A DNA stretch of 52,862 nucleotides from a virus (taxonomy: Duplodnaviria; Caudoviricetes), in the IMG/VR virus record IMGVR_UViG_3300008012_000037, positions 1 to 52,862 of that record. The stretch is one strand, 5' to 3'. The notes beneath the pieces were generated by a model, which saw nothing but the letters and a program-made list of their open reading frames with translations, was not told where the DNA came from and did not search any database. Positions within the stretch are counted from its first letter, which is position 1, and the number at the start of each line of letters is the position of its first letter. Positions 9,281-18,815 of the stretch are shown here, piece by piece. The position numbers were made by a program, and so were the translations under genes.

Positions 9281-9907
9281 ATGGCAATTTCGACACTTTC
9301 AAAATTTACAGTACCACTAGCAAACGATCAGAGTTCAGCATCACAAGGTTTGTTGATGCCAAAACTTCAGTATAGGTTTAGAGTTGTTCTCGAAAACTTC
9401 GGTGTAACAACACCAAGATCAGAACTTACTAAACAGGTTATAGACGTAACTAGACCAAACTTAACGTTTGAGAACACAACACTAGACGTTTACAACTCTA
9501 GAGTATACATAGCCGGCAAACACACTTGGGAACCTATCACATTGAACCTAAGAGATGATGTGAATAACTCTGTATCTAAATTGTGCGGTGAGCAAATACA
9601 AAAACAATTTGATTTCTTTGAACAGGCAAGTGCCGCTTCTGGTATCGATTACAAATTTACTACAAGAATTGAAGTACTCGACGGTGGAAATGGTGCCTCT
9701 GCTCCGGGTATCTTAGAAACTTTTGAATTATACGGTTCTTATGTTGAAGCAGTCAACTACAACACATTGGCATACAACACATCAGAGCCAGCAACAATAA
9801 CATTAAACATTAGATACGATAACGCAATACAGACACCAACAGGTACAGGTATTGGTTCAGCCGTAACAAGAACTGTTGGAGCACTTTCAACAGGTGGCGG
9901 TATCTAA
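9281..9907 (+). CDS. Tail tube protein (gp19-like)
   Basis: Directly after the sheath gene; PKLQYRFRV, YIAGKHTWEPITL, RYDNA; AGGAG SD. Confidence 0.85.
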   Translation: MAISTLSKFTVPLANDQSSASQGLLMPKLQYRFRVVLENFGVTTPRSELTKQVIDVTRPNLTFENTTLDVYNSRVYIAGKHTWEPITLNLRDDVNNSVSKLCGEQIQKQFDFFEQASAASGIDYKFTTRIEVLDGGNGASAPGILETFELYGSYVEAVNYNTLAYNTSEPATITLNIRYDNAIQTPTGTGIGSAVTRTVGALSTGGGI

Positions 9908-9931
9908 CTTTCGTAAGCAATTATAAAGTAA

Positions 9932-9960
9932 AAAGAGCGCCTTTAACGGCGCTTTTTTTA
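9932..9960 (+). terminator. Rho-independent terminator
   Basis: GAGCGCC-TTTAAC-GGCGCTT stem followed by a T run and preceded by an A run. Confidence 0.85.
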
Positions 9961-9979
9961 TGACCATAAATATACAAGT

Positions 9980-11392
9980 ATGCCTAGTATTAACAATTTT
10001 TTGAACGGTTTTTCAAACGGTTTTCCAGGAATGAAGGATTACCAACACGCCTCGAGACTCTATCTCGACGATAACTATAAACTTTTACCAAAACAAAAAT
10101 TCCTTTTCCATGTTGTTTTTGATATTGATGACGACACATTCACAAAAGCATTTAACACAAGCCAAAAACTCGAGTTGAATATGCTTGTCAAAAATATAGA
10201 TCTACCAAAATATAATTTTAATTTAGAAGAGAAACAACAGTACAATAAAAAAACTTATGTTAGCACCAGAATGAGTTACGAACCAATTAATATAAATTTC
10301 CATGATGACCATGCAGATACTGTTAATGCCTTTTGGAAAGCATACTACGAATACAACATTGTTGATTCAGTGACAGTTGCCAGCACAGGTTTGAGAAGTT
10401 CAACTAAAGATACCTTATATGACGCCAAAGGAAAACTTACACGGACTCAATTCGGAATGGATGGAAAACAAAGAAACAAAAAACCCTTACTTAGAAGTAT
10501 GCAGATTTTTGTATTACACAAACAAAGATTTACAAGTTTCACATTGATAAATCCTAGGATAGCAAGTTTTAGTCATGATAGCCTAGACCAAGCCGAAGGG
10601 GGTGGTGTGATGTCAAACGCCATGCAGATATTCTACGAAACAGTTTTATATTCCGCAGGCAAAATTGTAAAAGGCGCACAACCCACTGGATTCGCAACGA
10701 TTCATTACGATCAAGAACCATCGCCGCTGTCAGCACTTGGAGGAGGCACCACATCTATTTTTGGTCCAGGTGGTATTGTTGACGGTATAGGATCGGTTAT
10801 CGGAGACATAAGAACAGGAAATGTGGGACTAGGCACCATAATCAAAGGTATTAATACATACAACAACGCCAAAAAAATAAAAGCCAAAGAAGCAGTAAAA
10901 GAAGAACTTAAAGGCATTGTTAAAGAGGGCGTAATTAATGTTGGAAAACAGGCAGGAACAATAACCAATCCTGTAGGAAATTTCTCAATCGGAAATGCCT
11001 CAGCACAGGCAGTGGCAATAGGTGCCGCGGCGGCAACTGCTTATGGAATGATAGATAAAAACAAAAACAAATCTCGTACCCCCATAATACAAAATTCTCA
11101 AATTGACCTATCACAGAATCTTTCTCCAAGCGAAAGTTTCAATGTTGTAGTGGCAAACGAAGCAATAAAAGATCAAGTTGCGGCAGGTATATACTACAAA
11201 CTAATTGGTAGCAGGCAAGGACTCACAGTGGCAGAAAGCGATTTGAATTATGCTAACCTAACTACCCAACAAAAAGAAGTATACAGGAGTAGAGCAACAA
11301 GTGATATTACAAAATTAGTCACCGAAGGTTATATCAAAATTAATCGAGATAATCTCGATGTAACCATAGTAACAGAAAAGGCAAACATATAA
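9980..11392 (+). CDS. Virion structural protein, tail-tube/baseplate-junction-like
   Basis: N-terminal tube-like segment (VKNIDLPK...YEPININFHDD); TAAATA 7 nt upstream; tail module context. Confidence 0.6.
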   Translation: MPSINNFLNGFSNGFPGMKDYQHASRLYLDDNYKLLPKQKFLFHVVFDIDDDTFTKAFNTSQKLELNMLVKNIDLPKYNFNLEEKQQYNKKTYVSTRMSYEPININFHDDHADTVNAFWKAYYEYNIVDSVTVASTGLRSSTKDTLYDAKGKLTRTQFGMDGKQRNKKPLLRSMQIFVLHKQRFTSFTLINPRIASFSHDSLDQAEGGGVMSNAMQIFYETVLYSAGKIVKGAQPTGFATIHYDQEPSPLSALGGGTTSIFGPGGIVDGIGSVIGDIRTGNVGLGTIIKGINTYNNAKKIKAKEAVKEELKGIVKEGVINVGKQAGTITNPVGNFSIGNASAQAVAIGAAAATAYGMIDKNKNKSRTPIIQNSQIDLSQNLSPSESFNVVVANEAIKDQVAAGIYYKLIGSRQGLTVAESDLNYANLTTQQKEVYRSRATSDITKLVTEGYIKINRDNLDVTIVTEKANI

Positions 11393-11769
11393 TGAATGAA
11401 TTTTACACAAACCTTCCTCAAAAAAATAAAGACACTTTTCAAAAAACTATAGAAAGATTGAAAACAAAAAATTATGTAGAAAACTTTCAGTTCAATCAAA
11501 ACGATTACGATGCGGCTATCGCCTTCTTTGTTAAAAGAGGATTTGATAGGCAACCGGCCGAAGAGACCGCATATGTTATTTTACAGCAGGCCAAAATAGA
11601 TAATGTATCCTCGCAAGAAATACTAGACATACTGACTAAAGCGTCACCTGTTGTCTTAAGTGAACTAGTCACTGTCATTTTAAATGCCAACAGATACAAA
11701 ACAAGTAGATTAGGAGTGAGAAATCAAAGGACCACTGATTCATTTGTTTCAAGAAATGTTGTTGAATAA
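11392..11769 (+). CDS. Hypothetical protein (probably structural)
   Basis: Translationally coupled (TAATG) on both sides. Confidence 0.7.
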   Translation: MNEFYTNLPQKNKDTFQKTIERLKTKNYVENFQFNQNDYDAAIAFFVKRGFDRQPAEETAYVILQQAKIDNVSSQEILDILTKASPVVLSELVTVILNANRYKTSRLGVRNQRTTDSFVSRNVVE

Positions 11770-12203
11770 TGAAATTTGCCAGAGGAAAATTCACACCAAA
11801 AAATCCTGCGAAATATGTAGGCACTAAGACTCCAACCTATAGATCAAGTTGGGAACATTCTTTTATGAGACTATGCGATGAGCACCCAAACGTTTACCAA
11901 TGGGCATCAGAGTCTATCAAAATACCTTACAGACATCCGTTTACCGGAAAGTACACAATTTATGTGCCTGATTTTTTTCTTGTCTACGTCGACAAAGATG
12001 GAAAAAAACACGCCGAAATGATTGAAGTAAAACCGATGAATCAAACAACAATGGAAAAAGCAGGAAAGAGCATGGCAAAGAAAAAACAAGTAGTGATAAA
12101 TCAGGCAAAATGGTCTTCTGCTTCTGCCTACGCCAAACAAAGAAGAATTGGATTCAGAGTTGTTTCAGAAGAACAACTATTTCATCAAGGTACACGTAAG
12201 TAA
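11769..12203 (+). CDS. Head completion nuclease (T4 gp4-like, TnsA-type PD-(D/E)xK)
   Basis: GKFTPKNPAKYVG, YRSSWE, WASE..KIPY, YVPDF, IEVKP, NQAKW. Confidence 0.9.
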   Translation: MKFARGKFTPKNPAKYVGTKTPTYRSSWEHSFMRLCDEHPNVYQWASESIKIPYRHPFTGKYTIYVPDFFLVYVDKDGKKHAEMIEVKPMNQTTMEKAGKSMAKKKQVVINQAKWSSASAYAKQRRIGFRVVSEEQLFHQGTRK

Positions 12204-12212
12204 ATAGATAGC

Positions 12213-12737
12213 ATGACAAAAAAACTAGAAGACATATTAAATTTACCAAATGTAAAACAAGCGTTTAATCAAGTTGACAAAAAAGAACAGGCAAGATCTA
12301 ACAAAGACAAAACTCGCGAAGTCGGCAACAACGTAGACCCAAAGACAGCGGCCGCACTAAAAGCCACTTACGCCGAATTTGACAAAATTGAAAAAGCACT
12401 GCCACAGGTCAAGGGACTGGGAGAATTGTCCGATCTAGAACTAGACAAACTGGCTGTTGAAGCAGAAGAAAGTTATAAAAATTTAATGGACCTAGGGATG
12501 AACGTAGATTCACGTTACTCAGGACGTATTTTCGAGGTCGCATCCACAATGTTAAGAAATGCCATTGATGCCAAAAACAATAAAATAAGCAACAAACTTA
12601 AGATGGTAGAATTACAACTTAAAAAAATGAAATTAGACAAAGACGGCGCTGATGACGGTGTTGGAGCAGTAGAATCTGAGGGTGTTGTCATAAGCGACCG
12701 TAACGAATTAATGAAGAAACTAATGAAAAAAGACTAA
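12213..12737 (+). CDS. Hypothetical helical protein, candidate terminase small subunit
   Basis: Helical/coiled-coil sequence with RIFEVA motif and C-terminal DRNELMK; lies upstream of terL; assignment is inference. Confidence 0.45.
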   Translation: MTKKLEDILNLPNVKQAFNQVDKKEQARSNKDKTREVGNNVDPKTAAALKATYAEFDKIEKALPQVKGLGELSDLELDKLAVEAEESYKNLMDLGMNVDSRYSGRIFEVASTMLRNAIDAKNNKISNKLKMVELQLKKMKLDKDGADDGVGAVESEGVVISDRNELMKKLMKKD

Positions 12738-12748
12738 ATACATCTAAT

Positions 12749-13363
12749 ATGAGCACGTTTACACAATATCTATCTGAATCGGCTAAACAATACGACTATA
12801 AAATCAAAGTCGCGGGCGAAATTGATAAAGATTTTGCTAATAAACTGGAAACAGCAATGGGAAAATTTGATCTTGCCAAACTGTCCGCAGGAAAAAGTTA
12901 TCCGATACAGGAAACTCCGTTAGATTTCCCTCAGTTAAAAAACGTTGAAGTAACGATATTTGACGCTACAACAAATTATCCAGCATCGGTTTTTGAGATG
13001 ACAGAATATCTTGCTAATTATTTGAATCTTGCTAGAAATCAAATCGTAGTAAGAAAACCAGGTGAGCCTACAGAGCAATACCAGGCAGATATGAAAGTTG
13101 AAAAAGATAAAAACGAATTTGCATCAGTGTTACAAGATATAGAATACAAAGATGCTCCAAAACTTAATGCAGAAGATGTGTACGGTGACAAGGCAAATCA
13201 AAGTCTTTTGAAAGAATTATTGAAATCAAGAAAAGAAATCACTCACGCAGAAGAAGATGCCAAAAACAAAGATGAAAAAAAATTACAGGACAGAGAAGAA
13301 AAACCTTCGCACAGTCCTTTGTCAAAATCGACTAACCCACACCCAGACCCAAAAAGGAAATAA
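12749..13363 (+). CDS. Putative internal head protein
   Basis: Begins MSTFTQYLSE, resembling the T4 capsid-targeting sequence; TAAATA upstream. Confidence 0.55.
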   Translation: MSTFTQYLSESAKQYDYKIKVAGEIDKDFANKLETAMGKFDLAKLSAGKSYPIQETPLDFPQLKNVEVTIFDATTNYPASVFEMTEYLANYLNLARNQIVVRKPGEPTEQYQADMKVEKDKNEFASVLQDIEYKDAPKLNAEDVYGDKANQSLLKELLKSRKEITHAEEDAKNKDEKKLQDREEKPSHSPLSKSTNPHPDPKRK

Positions 13364-13366
13364 GCC

Positions 13367-14197
13367 ATGGAAATGATCGACGTATTAAAAAAATTACAGG
13401 AAATAGCAGAAACTAAACCAGAACTCGTGAAAGATGCTGTAGAGAATGTTCAAAGAACTAATCCAGCAAAAGTAGACGAAGGTGCATTGAAACAACAGAT
13501 GCATGGCGATGCCGAAAATATGTCTAAAGAAGAGTTTGTTAAAAAATACGGTCAGGGTTCTGAAGAATTTTGGGATAACATAAATGGAGTCGAAGAGTCA
13601 AAGTCTAAGCCAGACTTTCTTGACATGGACAAAGATGGTGACAAAAAAGAACCTATGAAAAAGGCAATCAAGGACAAAGAAGCAAAAAAAGAATCAGTAA
13701 ATGAATCAATAACTATCGCGACAGATTCCCCAGAAGAAGCAGGAATGATGATGCAGATACTAAAGTTGGCCGGTGTACAACCAGTTGATGCGAAAATGAT
13801 AGGGGCAGAAGAACAACCTGCCGAAGAAGAATACGCAAACGAACCCGATGAAAAAACTCAATCAGTAGACGACCTTGTCAATCTACATTCGGGTGGATTA
13901 AACAGACAAAAAATTCAAATCAAAAAAGGTCATCCAGGTGACAACGAACTAGCGGCAGAAGATCTTGCCGACAGTTTAAGAAAACAATATAGTGAATTCA
14001 AGACGAACTACGAAAAAGCAGTTACCGAAGCAAAGGCCATAGCAGAAAAAAAGTTGACCAAAGCAGAAAAAGAAAAAAAAGAAAAAGTAGTGAAAGGTAT
14101 CAAAAAAAATATGCCTGACATGAAAAAAAGATACGGCAAAAGAGCAAAAGAAGTTGCCTACGCTACAGCAACAAAAATCGCCAAGAAAAAAGCATAA
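13367..14197 (+). CDS. Highly charged putative head/scaffold-associated protein
   Basis: Lys/Glu-rich; several (V)x E sites (VDEG, VEES, VNES, VTEA); ILKLAGV motif. Confidence 0.55.
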   Translation: MEMIDVLKKLQEIAETKPELVKDAVENVQRTNPAKVDEGALKQQMHGDAENMSKEEFVKKYGQGSEEFWDNINGVEESKSKPDFLDMDKDGDKKEPMKKAIKDKEAKKESVNESITIATDSPEEAGMMMQILKLAGVQPVDAKMIGAEEQPAEEEYANEPDEKTQSVDDLVNLHSGGLNRQKIQIKKGHPGDNELAAEDLADSLRKQYSEFKTNYEKAVTEAKAIAEKKLTKAEKEKKEKVVKGIKKNMPDMKKRYGKRAKEVAYATATKIAKKKA

Positions 14198-14232
14198 GTT
14201 TAAGCCTACACTAATCTACCATAAGTATTTTT

Positions 14233-14496
14233 ATGAAATACTTTGGGCAGTATAACAAAGGTTTACGTTACACATCGGTAAAAGTAATTTACTCTATGCC
14301 AGATTACACCAATGTTCTAAATGAATTTTGGTGGCAGACTCTTGACATTCCACCAAAATATCCGAGAGCAAAGAAATTTATAAACTACTGGAACGATTAC
14401 ATAGAAGGGATCATAAGGCATCTTGAGATAGGACACAAAGACAGTTTTGGCCCAATGAAATGGACCAACTGCACTAATTGGTTTGACTTAAAATAA
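14233..14496 (+). CDS. usg: Usg-like protein
   Basis: TSVKVIYSMPDY..VLNEFWWQTLDIPPKYP...FINYW...IEG matches the Usg family pattern (YxMPDxxxxLxxxxWQxxDxxPxxP...FxxxWxxxIEG). Confidence 0.8.
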   Translation: MKYFGQYNKGLRYTSVKVIYSMPDYTNVLNEFWWQTLDIPPKYPRAKKFINYWNDYIEGIIRHLEIGHKDSFGPMKWTNCTNWFDLK

Positions 14497-14511
14497 GTCT
14501 TAAATACTGTT

Positions 14512-16107
14512 ATGGCATACGTAAGTTTAGATTCGGATCAGATAAAAAAAGCCAACAAGAAACATCGTTACACAAAAGATCAAGTGTTGATGTTGGAAAA
14601 ATGTATGGACCTGAAAACTGGCCCTTTGTACTTTATGAAAAATTTTATAAAGATACAACACCCCACTAAAGGATCAATGCCTTTCGAGCCATATCCTTAC
14701 CAAGAAAGATTAATCGAGTCATACAACAACCATAGATTCTCTATTGCTATGTTACCTAGGCAGACAGGCAAAACAACCTGTGCCGCGGGTTATCTTATAT
14801 GGTATGCTATGTTTAAACCAGATTCACAGATATTGATTGCCGCACACAAATATCAAGGAGCAAGTGATATAATGTCTAGGGTTAGATACGGTTATGAAAT
14901 GTTGCCAAGTTGGATCAAAGCAGGTGTTAACCAATACAACAGAAACTCTATCGAATTTGACAATGGCTCAAAGATAATGGCAACAACTACTACCGAAAAC
15001 ACAGGACGGGGTATGTCCTTGACAATGATATATTGTGATGAGTTCGCATTCGTTCAACCGCCTGAGAAGGCTGTAGAATTTTGGACTTCACTATCTCCAA
15101 CATTGAGTACAGGTGGTAAATGTTTGATCACGTCAACACCAAACTCAGATGAAGACCAATTTGCCTTGATCTGGAAAGAAGCACTCAAAAGATACGACGA
15201 ATTCGGCAATGACAATGTTGTAGGCACGAACGGTTTTTATGGCATGAAAGCACACTGGTCAGAACACCCGGATCGAGACGAAGCATGGGCAAAAGCAGAA
15301 AGGTCTAGAATAGGCGAAGAAAGATTTAGAAGAGAGCATGAATGTGAATTCTTGATTTATGATGAAACTCTAATTAACAGTGTTAGATTAGTTGAACTAG
15401 AAGGCATAGATCCTGTATGGACACAAGGACAGGTACGTTGGTATTCAAAACCAAAACCTAAGCATACCTATATGGTAGCACTAGATCCGTCTTTGGGTAC
15501 TGGGGGTGATTACGCCGCGATACAAGTGATAGAACTTCCAACATTCAAACAAGTGGCAGAATGGCATCATAATCTGACCCCAGCAAATCAACAGATAAGA
15601 ATTCTTCAAAGTATCAATCAACACATATATGACTCGATCATGGAACAAGATTCGACAGCCACACCTCAGATATTTTATTCGATGGAAAACAACACTCTAG
15701 GAGAGGCGGCATTGATGAGAGTCATGGATATAGGTGAAGAAAACATAATGGGACAATTCTTATCAGAACCTATAAGGAAAGGCCACCGAAGAAAATTCAG
15801 GAGAGGATTTAACACAACCGCTAAACACAAAATTGATGCGTGTGCAAAATTCAAAGAATTGGTAGAAAACAACAAGTTAGAACTAAATTCTAAAGCATTG
15901 ATTTCTGAACTAAAAACTTTTGTAGCAACAGGTGTATCATACCAAGCAAAACCCGGAGAACACGACGACCTTGTGTCGTCAATGCTGTTGGCAACCAGGA
16001 TGATGAAAGTTCTGGCAGATTTTGATCCCAAAGTATTCGAGCAATGGACCAACAGAACTACGGAATGGACCACTCCTATGCCTATTTTTGCTAACCTGGG
16101 TGTTTAA
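14512..16107 (+). CDS. terL: Terminase large subunit (gp17-like)
   Basis: PRQTGKTT Walker A, IYCDEFAF Walker B, ITSTPN, RFRREHECEF, ALDPSLG, HDDLV. Confidence 0.97.
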   Translation: MAYVSLDSDQIKKANKKHRYTKDQVLMLEKCMDLKTGPLYFMKNFIKIQHPTKGSMPFEPYPYQERLIESYNNHRFSIAMLPRQTGKTTCAAGYLIWYAMFKPDSQILIAAHKYQGASDIMSRVRYGYEMLPSWIKAGVNQYNRNSIEFDNGSKIMATTTTENTGRGMSLTMIYCDEFAFVQPPEKAVEFWTSLSPTLSTGGKCLITSTPNSDEDQFALIWKEALKRYDEFGNDNVVGTNGFYGMKAHWSEHPDRDEAWAKAERSRIGEERFRREHECEFLIYDETLINSVRLVELEGIDPVWTQGQVRWYSKPKPKHTYMVALDPSLGTGGDYAAIQVIELPTFKQVAEWHHNLTPANQQIRILQSINQHIYDSIMEQDSTATPQIFYSMENNTLGEAALMRVMDIGEENIMGQFLSEPIRKGHRRKFRRGFNTTAKHKIDACAKFKELVENNKLELNSKALISELKTFVATGVSYQAKPGEHDDLVSSMLLATRMMKVLADFDPKVFEQWTNRTTEWTTPMPIFANLGV

Positions 16108-16120
16108 CTAAATACGCTAT

Positions 16121-18715
16121 ATGGTATCAGAACAAACATCAAACGATTTATTCAACAAGATAAGAAGCAAATTTGGTAATGTACACATAGGTGACAGCCA
16201 AGGGCAATCGACATCAGATCCAAACGATGCTGTATTTTTTGACTTTGAATTCAAGGAAGATGCTGATACATTTGGAAGAATAAGCATAAGCCTCGCAGAC
16301 GGGGAAACAGTAAAAGTATTTTACAGCAGAGATTTGGTTGAAAAAATAGATGAAGATTCAAAATCTGATTGGTATCTTTTCTTGAAAGAACTAAAAGACT
16401 TTGCTGTAGAGCATTCATTAGGATTTGACGTGAGAGATATCACCAAATCAAACCTAACACAGCAGGATTTTAAGAATCTAGCAGATACAAACAAAACGGT
16501 AAATACAGACGATATGTCAGAAGAATTATCTAGAATCACAAAACTAGCAGGTTTAGAAACTGTGGCCGAAGGATTAACCGGCACAGCAACAAGATCATTT
16601 GAAAACCTAGACAAAACAAGATTAATAATTAGACACAAAGGCAAAGTTGATGAGACTGTGCCGGGAGCAAGATCAAGACAGATACAATCACTATACATCG
16701 AAAACGAAGACGGCGAAAGATTTAAGTATCCTATTATTCATCTAGCAGGTGCGAGAGCAATGACAAGACACGTTGCCAACGGTGGAAAACCATATGATGA
16801 TTTTGGAAAGCACATTGTTGCTACTTCAGAGGACATTGCCAAACTTAATTCTTTCACTAGATACGTTGCCAATAAAGATCAATTAAATGATTCGGCAGGC
16901 GATATAATTGACCAGACAAAACTAAAATTAGAAAATTTAAGATCATATATGAAAAATTTATCAAAACAGTCACATTATGAAACTGCTAGTAAAGATTTCA
17001 AAACAGCAGAGCAACAGATACTAGACGACGAGACAGCAAACCAATACAGAGAAAAGTTTACTTTAAAAAATTTAGATAGCAGAGTAGAAGAAGCGTTACC
17101 TTTGATCCATAGTGTAATGAAAGAATTTGATGACAAACCGTTATCACAAAAAGATATTGAAATTCCACCTCCAGTAGACGGAGGCGCGGTTGTCCAACAG
17201 TTTTTAGCAAATCCAGACAAACAATTGGTTCTGAACAAAGACAAAGGCGAGTTGTCAAGTAGAGAAATGAAATTCACTCAAGACCAGAGAGGCAAGAATC
17301 AAATGTTTGCCACTATCCTAAGCGACATAGCAGAAAGACTATTGGTCAAAGATCCTAAAGACGATATCGTGGCTAATTTTGCCAGCGACATAGCAGATCA
17401 AATAGGCAACGAAGGTACTCCATTTTTCAAACCAGACAAAAACTATATCAAAAATAAGAAGATAGCCTATCAATTGGCAAAAAGATATGCGGATGATGTA
17501 AAAAGAATGAAACAAGATCCTGAATTTGCAGATGAGATTAGAAAAAGTCCTAGCGAATTTGCTCCAAAAAAAGACAGAATGGGCAAAGCCAAAGAAAGCG
17601 AACTAGCAAAATTTGAAAATTGGGCAAATAGATTAGAAGCAAGAGTAAATGAAGGCACTTGGGCACTACCCAATCAGGACTCGGCAGGAGCAGACTTCAA
17701 AGATCTCGAAGCGGCAATGTCGAAAGATATGCCTGTAGGCACTGATGCCATGAATGCCACTGGTATCCTATCAGATCTAGGGTTTGGCGATGACGAACTT
17801 TATGATGACCTAGGTAGTCTCTATGACGAAAAAGGCCCAGATGCTGACGGAAGAGAGTTGGTACATAATTACGTTCTAAACAGAATTTTGAAATCATCTA
17901 GAGTGAATGATTATTACACTCCAGAAGAACAAGAAAATCTAAAAAATGCTGTGCATTCCAATGCGGACAAGTTTGCCAAAAATAAAGAAGACAATCCGAT
18001 GAGAGGAACTTCAGGCGACATAGATGCTTTCAATGCCGAGTCAGAAGAACCGGTAGAAGAAGGTCAGAAACCATATGTATCAATGTACAGAGGCGACGAC
18101 GGAAAAATGATATACGACGTATTAGACAAAGACGGTGAATCAGCATACAAGTCGTCAGATGAAAAAGTAGCAACTGCCTATCTAAGAAAGAATTTTGACA
18201 AACTTTCCGGAACTGCACTGGACGATGTGAACGAAAATCCAGAAGCAAATCAAGAAATGTCAATGGACTATGAATACACAGGCGACGACGGTGAGACAGC
18301 ATACGGCACACTCCACTACAAAGTGATTAATGGCAAAGTGGACCCAAATTCATTGAGGGGTGAATCAGAGTACGAAGGAAATGCCAAAGTGGACGACGAA
18401 TTTGCCACAGACATGGTCAAGCCGGGTGGATCCGATCACGAAGACGCACTTCAGGCCGCTCAAGACGATTATGAGTACGAGTCACAGCGTATGCAGTCAA
18501 AATTTGGTGAAGGCAACCAGTTTGCCCAGGCAGTCAACAAGGCCAAAGCGGCTGGTATGAAGGCTGGAGATAAATTTAAAGTAGGCGACAAAGAATACAC
18601 ATTAAAAGACGCCATTGAACAAGCAGGACTACAATTAGAAGAATTTTTTTCTGAAGAAGAACTTGCTGTCGAAAACGAAATAAGCAGAATCAAAAACCTC
18701 GCAAATTACCAATAA
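16121..18715 (+). CDS. Large acidic virion/internal head protein
   Basis: 864-aa ORF behind TAAATA; multiple candidate Glu cleavage sites; RITKLAGL and RIKNLANY motifs. Confidence 0.65.
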   Translation: MVSEQTSNDLFNKIRSKFGNVHIGDSQGQSTSDPNDAVFFDFEFKEDADTFGRISISLADGETVKVFYSRDLVEKIDEDSKSDWYLFLKELKDFAVEHSLGFDVRDITKSNLTQQDFKNLADTNKTVNTDDMSEELSRITKLAGLETVAEGLTGTATRSFENLDKTRLIIRHKGKVDETVPGARSRQIQSLYIENEDGERFKYPIIHLAGARAMTRHVANGGKPYDDFGKHIVATSEDIAKLNSFTRYVANKDQLNDSAGDIIDQTKLKLENLRSYMKNLSKQSHYETASKDFKTAEQQILDDETANQYREKFTLKNLDSRVEEALPLIHSVMKEFDDKPLSQKDIEIPPPVDGGAVVQQFLANPDKQLVLNKDKGELSSREMKFTQDQRGKNQMFATILSDIAERLLVKDPKDDIVANFASDIADQIGNEGTPFFKPDKNYIKNKKIAYQLAKRYADDVKRMKQDPEFADEIRKSPSEFAPKKDRMGKAKESELAKFENWANRLEARVNEGTWALPNQDSAGADFKDLEAAMSKDMPVGTDAMNATGILSDLGFGDDELYDDLGSLYDEKGPDADGRELVHNYVLNRILKSSRVNDYYTPEEQENLKNAVHSNADKFAKNKEDNPMRGTSGDIDAFNAESEEPVEEGQKPYVSMYRGDDGKMIYDVLDKDGESAYKSSDEKVATAYLRKNFDKLSGTALDDVNENPEANQEMSMDYEYTGDDGETAYGTLHYKVINGKVDPNSLRGESEYEGNAKVDDEFATDMVKPGGSDHEDALQAAQDDYEYESQRMQSKFGEGNQFAQAVNKAKAAGMKAGDKFKVGDKEYTLKDAIEQAGLQLEEFFSEEELAVENEISRIKNLANYQ

Positions 18716-18815
18716 TAGTACTAGACTTTAGATAAATAACAGTGTATATTATGCAGTAAATGTCTAATATACATTTAGGCAAAAACAAACATAGGCACAC
18801 AAGGAGGCTTACATT

